Assembly: GCF_036365525.1 (NCBI RefSeq)
Contig: NC_090395.1
Span: 68,044,966 to 68,108,965, forward strand
DNA: 64,000 nt
Direction of reading: 5' to 3'
From: Heterodontus francisci
Taxonomy: Eukaryota
The notes under the pieces are model-generated. The model ran no database searches, was not told the origin of the DNA, and was given only the letters and a program-made list of their open reading frames with translations. Below, piece after piece: positions 37,955 to 51,958 of this stretch. Within the stretch, counting starts at the first letter, position 1, and each line of letters begins with the position of its first letter. Position numbers and translations under genes: made by a program.

Positions 37955-38405
37955 ATAGAGTCATTACCGTGCAGAAGGAAGCCAATGAGCCCATCGAGTT
38001 CATTCGGGCTCTCTGTAGAGCAATCCAGTCAGTCCCGTTTCCCCCGCTCAATCCCCTAGCCCTGAGGGTTTATTTCCCACAAGTGCCCATCCATTTTCCT
38101 TTTGAAATCATTGATTGACCCTGCTTTCACCACCCTCGTAGGCCAGGCCATTACCACTTGCTGCCTAAAAAAAGGTTCTTCCTCACATCCCCACTCTACC
38201 TCTTATCCAAAACCTGAAATTTGTATCCCCGAGTCCTTGTACCATCAGCTAATGAGAACAGCTTTTCATTGCCCTACCTTAGCTAAAACTGTCATAACCC
38301 TGCACACCTCTATCAGATCTCTCCTTCAAACTCCTTTATTCCAAGGAGAACAACCCCAACTTCTCCAAACTAACCTTGTAGCTAAATTCCATCATCCCTG
38401 GAACT
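37955..38405 (-). mobile_element. CR1 3' fragment
   Basis: cagaaggaagccaatgagcccatcgag ... ccaaggagaacaaccccaacttctcc. Confidence 0.75.
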
Positions 38406-38934
38406 ATTATCCATATAAAACTCTTTCCAGTCTGAGAAATTGTTGCATTGTATATCAAGCTGATGGAAGGCACACTCTGAGTGAACTGAACAGTGACACA
38501 CAATGAGCTTTGTTGAAGATGCCAGTCAACAGGGCAGTGAAAATTAAATCAAAACCCATTTGTAATGTCCCCACACAAATCCTTGGTGGGCACATGATTG
38601 AATAAACGCTTTTCATATTTCCATGAAGAGAAAATGCAAATTAATTTTTCATGTAAAATTGTTCTTTTTTTTGCTGATGGCCGTATCTGAAAAAACATGT
38701 AGTCAGCACTGGAGTTGAAAGGTCACTTAATGCTGACAGCATGTGTAGTAACTCTTGAAATGAAAAAGTGGCATGCGGTTAATTTAATGGCTGTAATTTA
38801 CTTTCTTCCATTTACCAGAGATAAAATGATAAAAAATCATGAATGCTGAAAATCTGCATCGAAGACACAAAATTCTGAATGCACAGGTCAGTCAGTACCT
38901 AAAATTATTTAAATATGAATCTATTGTGGCCCAC

Positions 38935-39350
38935 TAAAAGTAGCACTCTCACCTTTGATTTAGAAGGTTTTGCGTTCAATTGCCACTCCAGAGACGACAG
39001 CTCATAATATAGGCTGACACTTCAGGGCAGTACTGAGGGAGTGCTGCACTTTCTGGATGAGACATTAAACTATCTGTGCTCTCTGTCAGGTGAACTTTAA
39101 AGATCCCAGAGCACTGTTTGCAGGAGAGTTATCCCTGGTGTCTTGGCTGATACTTTTGCTTCAACCAACATCACGAAAACAGATTATCTGGTCATTATTG
39201 CATTGGTGTTTGTGAGACTTCACCGTGTGAAAATTGTCTAGTGCATTGCACATTACAACAGTGACTACATTTCAAAAGTACTTAATTGGCGATGAAGTGC
39301 TCTGGAACATCCTGAGGTTGTGAAAGACTCTACATAAGTTTCTTTTTTTA
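38935..39350 (+). mobile_element. Deu-SINE
   Basis: tagcactctcacc head, cagtactgagggagtgctgcac, acaacagtgactacatttcaaaagtac. Confidence 0.85.
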
Positions 39351-39910
39351 TGAGCTCCTTGTCACTGAGGTTCCCAGACAGCATCAATATTTTATACATT
39401 AGTACAACTAACAATAATAAACAAATGTCACAAATATGGTATTGAGCATCCAGGAAAAGGTAAAAAAGTTTACAAGTCTAGATTGAACAATCTTCATAAG
39501 TGAATAAACCACCTCTTTTTATTTCAAAGAAACAATTCTGATAATTAAATCAAGAAAACAAACCAGTCTGTCGCCGTCTGTTCATTAAATAAATTAAACA
39601 AGCATTTCAAATTATGTTCTAACAATTTATGTGTGCTCTCAACTGGATAAAATTGTCACTGGAAACAGGTTAAGTTATTCCGTGCTTTTTCAGAGCTGAT
39701 TGAAAATTACACAGAGTTTACAGCCGAGAAACAGACAATTTGGCCCAACAGGTCCAAGCTGACGTTTATGCTCCACCTGAGCCTCCTCCCACCCCTCTTC
39801 ATCTAACCCCATCAACATATCCTTCTAATACATTCTCCCTCATGTATTTATCTAGCTTTCTCTTAAATGCATCTATGCCATTCGCCTCAATGATTCCTTA
39901 TAGAATCATA

Positions 39911-40609
39911 GGCCGGATTTTTACGCTGCCCCAGCGGGTCGGATGGTGGTGAGGGGGCGGCGTGAAATTGAGCGGCAGGCTCCGAGAGGCCTAACCGCCC
40001 CGATTCCGCCTCCGACCAAGTTTACGGAGGTCCGGCGGTGGGGTGAGAAGCGGCCTGCCCGCGCAAGGCCAATCAAGACCCTTAAGTGGCCACTTAATGG
40101 CCCTCGCCCACCTCCATGGGTATTTTACCCGTGGCAAGCGGGTGTGCCGGGGACGTGAAAGGCCACCCAGCTATAGCTGTCGGCCTTTCCGCACCCCGGG
40201 GAGGGGGCTGGCAATCAGGCACAGGGTGCCCGAATGAGGCCCACCGCCGCCTCCCAACCTAACCCCAGGATCCTCCCCCCAAATGACCAGCCTAGCCTCA
40301 CCAGGGCATGACCGATTCCACTGGTGAGGCTGCCCAAACCTACCTTCTGTCCCGGTTCCATTGCGTCCTCCTCAGTTGGCTGGGCTGAAGTCCCAGCAGT
40401 GGCCACCGCTCTTGGAGGCCCGCTGATTGGCCGGTAGCTCACTGAGGCGGGACCTCCTCCCTCAAGTGGGTGGAGGTCCCGCCTCAGGCCAATTGAAGCC
40501 TGGGGATCCGTAAAATACGGGACGGATCCCCAGGCTGGGCCGGAGCAGGATTGGCACCGACATTTATGTCGGAGTCCGGCTCCCGTCCGCCCAGCGTAAA
40601 ATTCCGGCC
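39911..40609. mobile_element. Young Harbinger-like MITE in a CR1 tail
   Basis: 18-bp TIRs ggccggatttttacgctg / cagcgtaaaattccggcc (1 mismatch), perfect TSD ata, CpG-rich. Confidence 0.85.
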
Positions 40610-41945
40610 ATAGGGTCGTACAGCATAGAAACAGGCCCTTCGGTCCACCGCGTCCATGCTGACCATAATGCCTATCTATACTAATCCCACCTGCCTGCAT
40701 TAATTCCATATCCCTCTATGCCTTGCTCATTCAAGTACCTGTCCAGATGCCTCTTAAATGTCGCTACTGTCCCTGCCTCCACCACCTCAGGCAGCTAATT
40801 CCAGATACCCACTATTCTTTCTGTGAAAAATTTACCCCTTTCCCCTTTAAACCTCCTCCCTCTCACCTTAAATCTATGCCCTTTAATTTAGTCACCCATA
40901 CAGGGTGACTAAACAGACTCTGGCTATCTACCCTATCTATGCCTCTCATAATTTTATATACCTCTATCATGTCCCCTCTCAGCCTTCTTCGCTCCAGGGA
41001 AAACAGACCCAACCTATCTAATCTCTCTTTATAACTCAAGCCCTCCAAACCAGGCAACATCCTTGTGAATCTTTTCTGCACCCTCTCTAGCTTAATCACA
41101 TCTTTCCTGTAGTGCGGCGACCAGAACTGCACACAATACTCCAAATGCGGCTTAACCAATGTTATGTACAACTGTAACATGACGTCCCAACTCTTGTACT
41201 CAATGCCTCGGCCGATGAAGGCAAGCATGCCATACGCCTTCTTCACCACCCTGTCTACCTGTGTTGCCACTTTCAGGGAACTATGTACTTGCACCCCAAG
41301 GTCTCTCTGATCAACAGCACTCCCCAGGGCCCTGCCATTCACTGTATATGTCCTGCCCTGGTTTAACTTCCCAAAATGCAACACTTCACACTTGTCTGCA
41401 TTAAATTCCATTTGCCACTCCCTTACCCACTTTCCCAGTTGATCTATATCCTGTTGTAACCTTAGACAACCTTCTTCACTGTCCACTATACCACCAATTT
41501 TGGTGTCATCTGCAAACTTACTAATCATGCCCCTTACATTCACATCCAAGTCCTTAATATATATGACAAACAACAGAGAGTCCAGCACCAGTCCCTGCGG
41601 CACACCACTGGTCACCGGCCTCCAATCTGAAAAACAACCCTCCACTACAACCCTCTGCCTCCTATCACCAAGCCAATTTTGTATCCAATTTGCTAGCCAT
41701 GGATCCCATGTGTTCGAACCTTCTGGACTAGCCTACAATGCGGGACCTTGTCAAAGGCCTTGCTAAAGTCCATGTAGACAACGTCCATCGCCCTGCCCTC
41801 GTCAATCCTCTTGGTCACCTCCTCGAAAAACTCAATCAAATTCGTGAGACATGATTTCCCACGCACAAAGCCATGCTGACTATCCCTAATCAGACCAGGC
41901 CTTTCCAGGTGCATATAAATCCTGTCTCTCAGAATCGCTTCCAGT
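40610..41945 (-). mobile_element. CR1/HER1 ORF2 RT remnant (young)
   Basis: QHGFVRGKSCLTNL, DFSKAFDKVPH, SGVPQG, KFADDTK, HLEYCVQFWSP; the 3' tail matches the HE1 tail. Confidence 0.95.
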
Positions 41946-43249
41946 GTGTTCTACATTCTGACTACTGTCTGAGTAAAGACATTTCTTGTGAATTCCCTGT
42001 TTGATTTATTAGTGATTATTCTTATGTTTAGGGCCTCCAGTTTTGGACTTCCCCATAAGTGGAAACATTTTCTTTTTCTACCCTATCAAACCCTTTCATA
42101 ATCTTAAAGACCTCTATCAGGTCACCCATCAGCTTTTTTTCTACAGCAAAGCGCCTCAATATGCTTAGCCTTTCCTGCAGAGGTGCCATCTTTCAGATGA
42201 GAAAGAGTCCACAAGTTATCTCAGAGCGTAATCTTGGAGGTGCTGGGGTCTCGCAGGCATATAAGTAACTGAATTGCATTTACTGAATTCAACAGCGATA
42301 AAGGTTAACTTGTAACTCTATGTGCCTCTCAACTTGAAGTAAGTCGTTGAACTCTGCAGAAAGATGTGACTGAATGGATTTTGTAGCAGAAAAAATAGAA
42401 TGTAATCTTACATTTTAAAAAATCTTAAACTGAGTTTGTTGTGACTAGTGCTGGGAAAGTCCACAATACCAATTTAGTGAGGTTTAATGAGAATTGTGTG
42501 CTGTCCAAAGGCCGGGTGTATTTCTTTCCAATTGGTTTAAATGTAAGTTTATAGAAGCCCCTATTTAAAATGTTTTCTGTGGCGTAATTTGTACTGGCTC
42601 TTATAAAGGATTGAACAATTCAAAACTCACAGCATGTTTTAATGTAAAAATAGAAATCTGTGAATATTTGAATTTGGATTGAGTTCTCACAAAAGCATAA
42701 GCTCTCAATGTGCAATATCTGACAATGATACTCGAAATAATCTTTAATATTCATATTTTAAGATCACCTCTTTGGCAGAAATATCATTGTAAAAAATGTA
42801 ACAAGTTCAGGAAAATGATGTCTCTTACCTACTCTAAATCCATCTGAAACCACCTCAGGACAAGTACAATGCAATGCTACATCAGTCACTGTATAGTGTT
42901 TGATTAACTGTATAAAACTAGGACAGTGCTGCACTTTCGTATCAGGATGGTCATGTTTTATATTTAAGTCCTGTCAGGGTTGTTGCAAGTTTCTCCCGGA
43001 CACTAATGGGCAATTTGTTCACCATCTATAGTCATAACTGCATTGGATAATCTAGTCTACCATATATGCTTTTCAAACTTGCTCATATCCCGCATTGTCC
43101 TCACTGCCCTTTAAGTTAAAATGGTGAATAATGAATCATTTTGTCTCATTGTCATAGTTTAGGACTAGAAGCTTTCAGTTTGCCTAAATAAATTATCAGA
43201 TTGTTGCACCCGATTACTGGTGTAAATTAATTTCATCCTTAATTTGTGT

Positions 43250-43565
43250 CGAAGGGATATGATAGAGTAAGTAGGAAGAAAGCTCTTCTAGCAGGAGAGT
43301 TGGTAACCAGAGGCTACAAATTTAAGGTAAATGATATAAGAACCAGAGGGGAGATGAGGAGATTTTTTTTTTACTCAATGAGTTGCAGTGCACTGGCTGA
43401 AAGTGTGGTGAAGCAGATTCAGTAGTAATTGTCAAAGGGAAATGGGACAGAAAAGCATTTGCAGGTTTATCGGGAAGGAGCAGGGGAATGGAACTAATTG
43501 GCCAGCTCTATCAAAGAGCACAATGGCCTGAATGGATTCCTTTTGTGCTGTATGATTTTATCATC
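43250..43565 (+). mobile_element. CR1 3' end
   Basis: accagaggctacaaatttaaggt ... ggcctgaatggattccttttgtgctgtatgatt. Confidence 0.75.
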
Positions 43566-44764
43566 GTGCAGCTTAGAGTCGCATTGTGTTTCATAAGATT
43601 CCTGTGAAGTGCCTTGGGACTTTTTACTACAATAAAACCACAATATAAATGCAAGTTGTTGTTTCCAATCATCTATTTACATTTCATGCCACCCAGTAAA
43701 GACTTGTTTCAATATCTCAATCCCCTTCACTCTCATCAGCCAAGCATCAGTTCTGAGCTACCTTTCCCAATCCGTGTGATCAATCAGCTACGATTTGCAA
43801 TGTACTCTTGCCGCTCACCTAATTCAGCCTCGGAAGGTGCCATTGGCTTCAGTCCCATTAGCCAAAGACTTGTTCCCATATCCTTGTCAGCCATATTCAA
43901 AAGAAGCCAAGCCAAGCCTAGAATGGAGCTCCCTTTTCTTGGGAAACGTGCACTGTATGAAGTGAATAGTATTATATTTCATTTAATTATTTCAGCATTT
44001 GTTTAATTTCACAGGTTGGTAGTTGCCCTCCTGTTCAAATTAATAATCTCTCTGGGGAGGGGAAAAAAATTGCAAGAAATTGTAAAAGTGAAAGGTTTAC
44101 TGTGACATTTAATGCAACAAGTAAATGTCAAAGATTTCTTATCTAGGTACATTGTAATTAAATTCCAGCAACGTTATTCTCCAGAATTAATTAATTCCTG
44201 TTAACCTATTCAGGACTCCACACAACCATTTCCGATAATTTGAATTGTTCACTTCACTAATTAGACTTTCACACCCCCCTCTTATGCCCAGAGTACTGTG
44301 CTCACACAGATGTTCAATGATATGTAGTTTGCAAAAGGAAGGTTATCATAGTTTTGCCATTGCTTAGATTTGCTTGCTCTTTCTTGTAGTAACTCATGGC
44401 CTTGGGGTAATAATTGTCAGGGATGCATTTTTTCTGGATCACTGTTTTCCAATGGGGGAACTCTCCGCTTTCTCATTTTCATCAGGGTGTCCTGACAAAG
44501 CTGCAGAGACAAGCAGCGGGAGCAGGAGGCAAGAGTGCCATGGGTGCAAAAGTCAACTGATTTGGTGATTCTATGATACTATAGTTCAACTTCCTCCCCT
44601 GAAAAGCAATGCTGCAAATTCCACACTTCCAACACGGTGCAGGGTGAGGGACATGTGAGGAAAATAAGGGGATAGAAATTGGTCATCATTGCAACCAGTT
44701 AATGGGCTCAAGGCCAACACAATAAGGGCCAATTCTGGGGCCCAATATTTGTTTGGGCTATCTT

Positions 44765-45190
44765 GGTACAGTAGCATAGTGATTACATTCCTGGATTTGT
44801 AACCCAGAGGTCTGAGTTAATCATGCAGAGACATGAGTTCAAATCCTACCAGGGCAGCTGGAGAATTTAAATTCAATTAATTAAATAAATTTGGAATTAA
44901 ATGCTAGTATAAGTAATGGTGATTGTGAAACTACCAGATTGTTGTGAAGACCTACTGGTTCACTAATGTCCTTCAGGGAAGGAAATCTGCCATCCTTACC
45001 CAGTCTGGCCTATATGTGACTCCAGACCCACAGCAATGTGGTTGACTCTTAACAGCCCTCTGAAATGGCCTAGCAAGCCACTCAGTTGTATTCAAGAAGG
45101 AGGCGTCCCACCACCTTCTCAAGGGCAGTTAGGGATGGGCAATAAATGCTGGCTTTGCTCGTGGTTCCCACATCCTATGAATTATTTTTT
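44765..45190 (+). mobile_element. Second tRNA-derived SINE family, full length
   Basis: Head with gagttcaaatcc B box, body ctggttcactaatgtccttcagggaaggaaatctgc, tail gggatgggcaataaatgctggc...cccacatcctatgaa. Confidence 0.8.
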
Positions 45191-45374
45191 TAAAATCAAC
45201 AACACAGGTGTTAAGCTCTTTATATATGTAAACGAGATGGCCTAATGCCTGTTTTCAGTCCCCTGTATCAAAGTAGATAATGACGAGTGGGGCAGGAGTC
45301 AGACCTCCTCAATTCAGGATTCTTCAGCACCAGTCACCAGCAAAACTTTTGTTAAAAATAGTTATTATTTAACT

Positions 45375-45650
45375 GTCAGCTGTGGTTCAGTGGATGGCAC
45401 TCCTACCTCTGCGTTAGAAGGTTGTGGCTTCAAGCCCCACTCTAAGACTGGAGCATAAAATCTAGGCTGACACTCCGAGTGCAGTACTGAGCGAGTGCCG
45501 CATTGTTGGAGGTACCGTCTTTCAGATGAGATGTTAAACCAATCCCTCATCTGCGCTCTCAGATGAAGATAAAAGATCCAATGACGCCATTTCGAAGAAG
45601 AGCAGGGGAGTTCTCCCTAGAGTCCTGTCCAATAATTGTCCCTCAACCAA
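45375..45650 (+). mobile_element. Deu-SINE 5' two-thirds
   Basis: gctgtggttcagtggatggcactc head to tttcgaagaagagcaggggagttctcc. Confidence 0.85.
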
Positions 45651-46995
45651 CAGACACGCATGCACAATAAATTTGTTAAGGCACAATAAATAATCAATAA
45701 TCTCTCACACACACACAGTATAGCTCTATTTATGTATAAGCAGTCCAAGTATCTCAATCAAAAATTAAAATATTCTTCCCTTTTGTAAAATTCTACAATA
45801 AATTCCAGCCATTATTTCAAATTGCTAAAGGTATAGCAATTCTCCCAATGTGGGCCTGCAGAAAGGATTTTTTTTTTGCTCTTTACTATACACACCACTG
45901 ATTTTTTTCTGACTACATTTGCTCCAGGCACTGACTGATAATTGCAGTCTGGTTTCCAGTTCAACAGGGTTATCCGATTTAATCAACTGATTATGCTCCA
46001 TATCACGCTGCCTACAGCTCTGCAGACTATGTCTGTCTCTTTTATGTTTTAAACCAGAGATTTCCAGCCTTTTTCCAAAAAGTGGTTTCAAACCTTACAC
46101 ACAGATGCATTTTCTGAACATCTTATTTGATCAGATTTCCCACAAGTTTTCTCCTGAATGCACTGGCCCTGACTGATTTGGCACCACTTGGTGACTTTGT
46201 TGGATTGGTCACTCTTCATTTGTAGGGTTGGTGTTGGCAGGCTATTCAACTACAGCAATCATCTCAGTCAAACCCAATTCTGTCCTCACCTTATGCCCTC
46301 TCATATGTACTTTATAACCGGTGTCACTGCAGTCTGATCTGGAATGGGAGTCCTGGATGATTTTTCCACTCTCTAGTCCAGAAACAATGAAACCGATTAT
46401 AGAGTCTTAACTCCGTCCTTAAGTGGCTGAGATTGATGCTTGTTTTTACATAAAAATGGAATTTGATGGAACTAAAAGTCGAAATGCTTGCCAATCACAC
46501 CAATGATTGCAATGCAAGGAAACTTGGAGGAGTTTGAAGACCAATTTCTCATATTCTTAATGATAACATTGCTGTCCAATCACAACACACACGGGAGATG
46601 CATGCTTACCAAAATGTACCGAGACTGCTTCTTCGTACCTTATCGCCCACAAAACACATCTGTTGTCATTCAACTACTGCGGGATCAGGATTACCAATCC
46701 TCAACTTACCACCTGGGAATTGCAATATTTTGCCAAGTATGAATCTGGAAAGCTGAACAGGGACGGGGAAGGGATGGGATTGTAGTTTCAGTTTTGATAC
46801 TTTAAAAAAAATCATTCTCAGGATGTGGGCGTCATTGGCAAGGTCGACATTTATTGCCCTTTCTTAGTTGTCTTGGGAAGGAGCTGATGGGTCTTTTTAA
46901 TAGGTCACTTCAGTTAAGAGTCACAAATAGGCCAGACCAGATAAATTTGAGTTTTTGCAAAATTCCAATCCATGGTCTCTTTACTGATATAAAAA

Positions 46996-47355
46996 GGGCG
47001 GCACAGTGGCGCAGTGGTTAGCACCGCAGCCTCACAGCTCCAGCGACCCGGGTTCAATTCTGGGTACTGCCTGTGTGGAGTTTGCAAGTTCTCCCTGTGT
47101 CTGCGTGGGTTTCCTCCAGGTGCTCCGGTTTCCTCCCACATGCCAAAGACTTGCAGGTTGATAGGTAAATTGGCCATTAGCAATTGCCCCTAGTATAGGT
47201 AGGTGGTAGGGAAATATAGGGGGACAGGTGGGGATGTGGTAGGAATATGGAATTAGTGTAGGATTAGTATAAATGGGTGGTTGATGGTCAGCACAGACTC
47301 GGTGGGCCGAAGGGCCTGTTTCAGTGCTGTATATCTAAATAAAAATAAATAAATG
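46996..47355 (+). mobile_element. HE1 SINE, full length, nested in a second-family SINE (46805-47675, minus)
   Basis: Near-identical to 1401-1759. Confidence 0.93.
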
Positions 47356-47359
47356 AGAA

Positions 47360-47522
47360 AAAAAAGCAGAAAATGCTGGAGAGAGAAGCGGAGTTAATGT
47401 TTCAGGTCGATGACCTTTCATCAGAACCGAAACATTAACTCTCTTTCTCTCTCCACGAATGCCTGACCTGCTGTGTATTTCCAGCATTTTCTGTTTTTAT
47501 TTCAGATTTCCATTTGCTTTTT
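47360..47522. mobile_element. Penelope terminal fragments in inverted arrangement; hammerhead core at 47392-47427 (minus)
   Basis: Minus: gtt-CTGATGA-A-AGGTCATCGACCT-GAAACATT-AACT; the plus arm restarts at ccgaaacattaact. Confidence 0.75.
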
Positions 47523-47974
47523 TATCATATCATTGATACCAATTTTCTTTATTTCCAGATTTTCGAAACTGAATTCAAATTCTCAAATTGCCATTATGGG
47601 ACTTGATCTCTCATTCTCTGGATTATTAGCCCAGGTTTCTGAATTACCAGTTTGGTAACATAATCATTACCCTACTGCTAATGACAATATTTGAGTCCCT
47701 TCACATCTTGAGGGAGTGAAAAAAGAATAACTTATAGTTAACAATAGACTGCTAGTGCCTATTTTTAATTTTAGAAACTCCTGGACTTAATGACTCAAAG
47801 CCAAATGGGCGCCAAACATATTGACAGTGTAAAGCGGTATGATCTGAAGGGAGGGAAAAGGGTCAACAACTCATGTAACAAACATTGCCTCACATTGAGA
47901 TGAGAAATAGGCCTAGCTGCCAGCCTGGATTCCCTTGAATCATTCTTTTTTCTTTAAATTCTCATCCTTGTCCC

Positions 47975-48775
47975 TTTGTGCTCCTCTAATTCTGGCCTCT
48001 TGAGTGTCCCTGATTTTAATTGCTCCACCATAGGTGGCGGCGCCTTCAGTTGCCTAGGCTCTAAGCTCTGGAATCCCCTCCCTGCATGTCTCTGCCTCTC
48101 CGCCTCGCTTTCCTCCTTTAAGACATTCCTTAAAACCTACCTCTTTAACCTAGCTTTTGGTCATCTGACCTAATATCTCCTTTTGTGGTTCAGTGTCATA
48201 TTTTGTTTTATAATGCTCTTGTGAAGTGCCTTGGGATGTTTTATTATGTTCAAGGTGCCATATAAATATGTTGTTTTTGTGAACAGCTCTAAAGTAGCTC
48301 TTCCCCGCACCCCTCCCCCCTCCGTCTCCCACATGAAGTCATCCATTACAGCAGCACATTTACTCTGGTTTCTTGTTTTCATTCACACAAGTTTGCTGTC
48401 ACCGTTAAGCCACATTTAACCTCGAACAGAAGCTTCAGACTTTGCATTCAATGAGAGAAAAGACAATTGGATTGAGTTGGTGCTATTTTAAGGGCCATCT
48501 GTAGATTCTCTCTTGTCAACAACCTTGCCCCACCATTGGCAGCTGTGCCTTCAGTTGCCTGGGCCCTAAGATCTGGAATTCCCTCCCTAAACCTCTCCTC
48601 CTTTCTACCTCTCTCACCTCCTTAAAACCTACCTCTTTAACTAGGCTTTTGGTCACCGGTCCTCATATGCTCTGATAGTTCCTAATATGGCTTGGTGTCT
48701 TATTTTGTTTGATGACAATCCTGACCTTGCGACACTTTTACTACATTAAAGGCGCTATATAATTGCAATTTATTG
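47975..48775 (+). mobile_element. Two L2 3' ends (47975-48280, 48520-48775)
   Basis: Both carry gccttcagttgcctRggcYctaag...cttaaaacctacctctttaac. Confidence 0.8.
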
Positions 48776-49259
48776 TCGGGTCCCACTACAACAGGCGTGG
48801 TGAACTGGCACTCTGTCACGCCGGCAAGTATGCACTATGTATTTATGAATACTGCACGTCATTAACTCTGCAACTGCACAGAACCCACCTTGCTCCACTG
48901 CTTTCAACTCACACATAGCGGCCTCTTAGCTGTAAGGTTTAAAGTAGAAAAAACAATGAATATTGAATCTGAAATGAGAATGGAACATGTGGAAATGCAG
49001 AGTGGGTCATATCATAGTTCAAAAGAGAAAAGGCATTTTTGAGGTTTGATGATAGGTCGTCCCACCCCTCCTCTTTCAGATGTGCCGATGACCTCTGAGC
49101 ACTTTGGGCATTTATATTTGGCCTCATTAATAGGCAGTGCATTTAGATTCTTGTGCAATCATTTCAGAGCATTGCAATAGAGCAGCATCACATTACTAGG
49201 CATCCATGACATCAGGCAAAACTAATGGCCTTATATTTCATATAATCAAGTTGCTCATC

Positions 49260-50085
49260 AACAACAACAAATTATATTTATATAGCACCTTTACGAACAT
49301 ATGACGAATTAGGGGCAGGAGTAGGCTATTCGTCCCTTTGAGCCTGGTCCATCATTTAATAAGATCATGGCTAATCTGATTGTGGCCTCAACTCCACTTT
49401 TCCACCTACCCCACTACCCTTTGACCTCCTTGTTAGTCAAGAATTTATCTACTTCTGCCTTAAAAATGTTCCATTAATGTAATAAAACATCCCAAGGCGT
49501 TTCACAGTAGCATTATAAAATAAAATATGACACCGAGCCACATAAGAAGACATTTGGTCAGATGACCAAAAGCTTGGTCAAAGAGGTAGGTTTTAAGGTG
49601 TGTCTTGAAGGAGGAAAGCAAGGCAGAGAGGTGTGGGGAGTGCATTCCAGTGCTTAAGGCAAAGGCAACAGAAGGCATGGCCACCAATGGTGGAGCGATT
49701 AAAATTGGGGATGCTCAAAAGGCCAGTATTAGAGGAGTGCAGATATCTTGGAGAGTTGTGGGGCTGGAGGATATTACAATAACAGGGAAAAGAGAGGCCA
49801 TGGAGGGATTTGAAAACAAGAATGAGAATTTTGAAATCAGGACATTGCTTGACCGGGAGCCAATGTAGGTCAGCGAGCACAGGGGTGATAGGGGAAAAGG
49901 GACTTGGTGCAAGTTAAGACACAGCCAACAGAGTTTTTGAAGACCCTAAGTTTACAGAAGGTAGAATATGGAAGACCAGCTAGGAATGCATTGGAATAGT
50001 CAGGTCTAGAGGTAACAAAGGCAAGAATGAAGGTTTCGGCAGCAGGTGAGCGGAGACGGGGCAAAGTCAGGTGACGTTACAGAAG
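49260..50085 (-). mobile_element. L2 ORF2 end and 3'UTR with a nested CR1 tail (49295-49470)
   Basis: AFVTSRPDYSNAFLAGLP and LADLHWLPVKQ..FKILILVFKSLHGL are L2-type motifs. Confidence 0.9.
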
Positions 50086-51958
50086 TGGCTTTCACTGCTT
50101 TGTTAATTTCAAACAAATGTTAGGAAGAAATTTCTTTATGCAAAATATTTAGAATGATATGGATAGGTCAGTGAAGGTAAAAAAAAATTACTCATCCAAA
50201 ATCCAGTGGTGGGATATGATGGGAGACCCATGTTTCTCCCCCTTAGATGGATGAGTTGAATGACTTCTATCTTGTTTCTTAATATTGTGATCTTGTTAAC
50301 CGTGAAATAAGGCAGTTTTCCCTCAATACAAATTGAATAGAATTTCACTTCAGCTGTGAATATAGGAAAAGGTGGGGTCCATTCAGCCCCTCGAGCTTGT
50401 TCTGCTATTCAATTAGATCATTGCTGAACTGTATTTTAACTCCATCTACCCATCTCGGTTCTGTAACCCTTAATACCCTAGTGCAACAAAAAGATCTATC
50501 AAAACGCCATCCCTTCAGTTACTGCTTAGCGCATTATGCTGTGTCCTGGTTCATTATAACATTATATCCAATGATCCACTTCCCATTGTTCACTGATCCC
50601 TCAGTAACAGAAAATAACACACACACTATAAAGCGATATTTTAAAATATATATTTTTTTAAGTGCATATGATCTGCTAAACTCTCCGGATGCCAATCTGC
50701 ACCAAACTATTAGAAGGTCTGCATGAGTTGCAATATGGATGCCCACAGCAATAAACCCTCTGCGATGATTGGCTGATTACAACTGCACTTGTACGGGTAT
50801 AGGGGAGGCAGCAGCAATGGCAAAGCACGTAGCCGCAAAGACAGTGAGTCACAATTCTAAATCATTCCTGCTTCCCTCAAAGTCTTGCTTATGACTGATT
50901 GCACATTTATGGAGACAATTGTGATCACAATCAATCCAATGGGCTTCTTCAACCCAAACAGTTTCCATTCAATCAGTGTGCAACTCACTTGGGGAGCATA
51001 ATGAACAATTGCTCAATATGGTAAATTGTACAGCATTGTAAAGTTTATCTGTCTCCCTGTGTTTTGTCAGCAATTGTCCTCATTAGCTAGATTTGGTGGT
51101 CCCTTATGCCAGGTCAGACAAGAATATAACAAAGGCACAGATGGTGACTTAAAACAATTTATTATTTGCTTTGCAAGAGTGAAGGTTATATGAAACGCAT
51201 GTACATCTCACCATATGTCTTTGTACTTACGCTCTGTGTAGTCAGCTTCTGATTTCAGTATCACTAATAGAAGATGACTTGTCCAATTGGGGGAAGTCAC
51301 CGATGGTGGCAGATCAAGAACAATGAATGTTCCAACAGTCTTATTGAGGAACCCAAGGTATGTGGCCCGAACTTCTGATGCCAAGGACACGCTGCTGGCC
51401 TGAGTTTTAACTTCTTTCCTTTGAGGCGCTTTGCTCAGGATATTTAGGATTAGCTGTCAATGACCTGTTTGAGGCCAAACCACTATATCCTAATGAGCTC
51501 AGAGAAAAATTCCCTCATGGTTGATTACATCTTCTCTGCAAGACTGATTGCAGAGCTCCTCGAATGACCAAACTTCCCATTACACCAATCATGTTGGATG
51601 CCAGTTTTTTTCCACAGTTGAAAGAAAGGCGACTAATTTTTGGCCCCAAGCAATATCACTGTTGCAGATGAAGGTAATACTTTCTCAGATTTCTCCTTCC
51701 CTGACCACATTGTGCACACCTCTTGCTTGTTATGGGGCCATGCTGTTATTATCATGGCTCTAATCTGATTGCTGCACTAAATGTCATAAACAAGAAATAT
51801 CATGAGAATGGTTCAGAGCAAACTGTGTGTTCTGACATATTGTTGAAAGTTTCAGCTTAAACATTTCCTGCAATTAAAGCCCTAATAACATCTGGAAAAT
51901 CAACCGGTCTCACACCTCTGATATAACAACTTGCATTAATGTGGAACCTTTAATATAG

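Noticed and set aside
40612-40700. HE1 tail matches CR1 tail; Deu-SINE tail matches L2 tail
   Set aside because: Real but already established SINE-LINE partnerships.
44460-44490. Minus-strand CTGATGA...GAAA as another hammerhead
   Set aside because: No stem I or stem II pairing; other CTGATGA hits (11150, 13608, 61674) also lack the structure.
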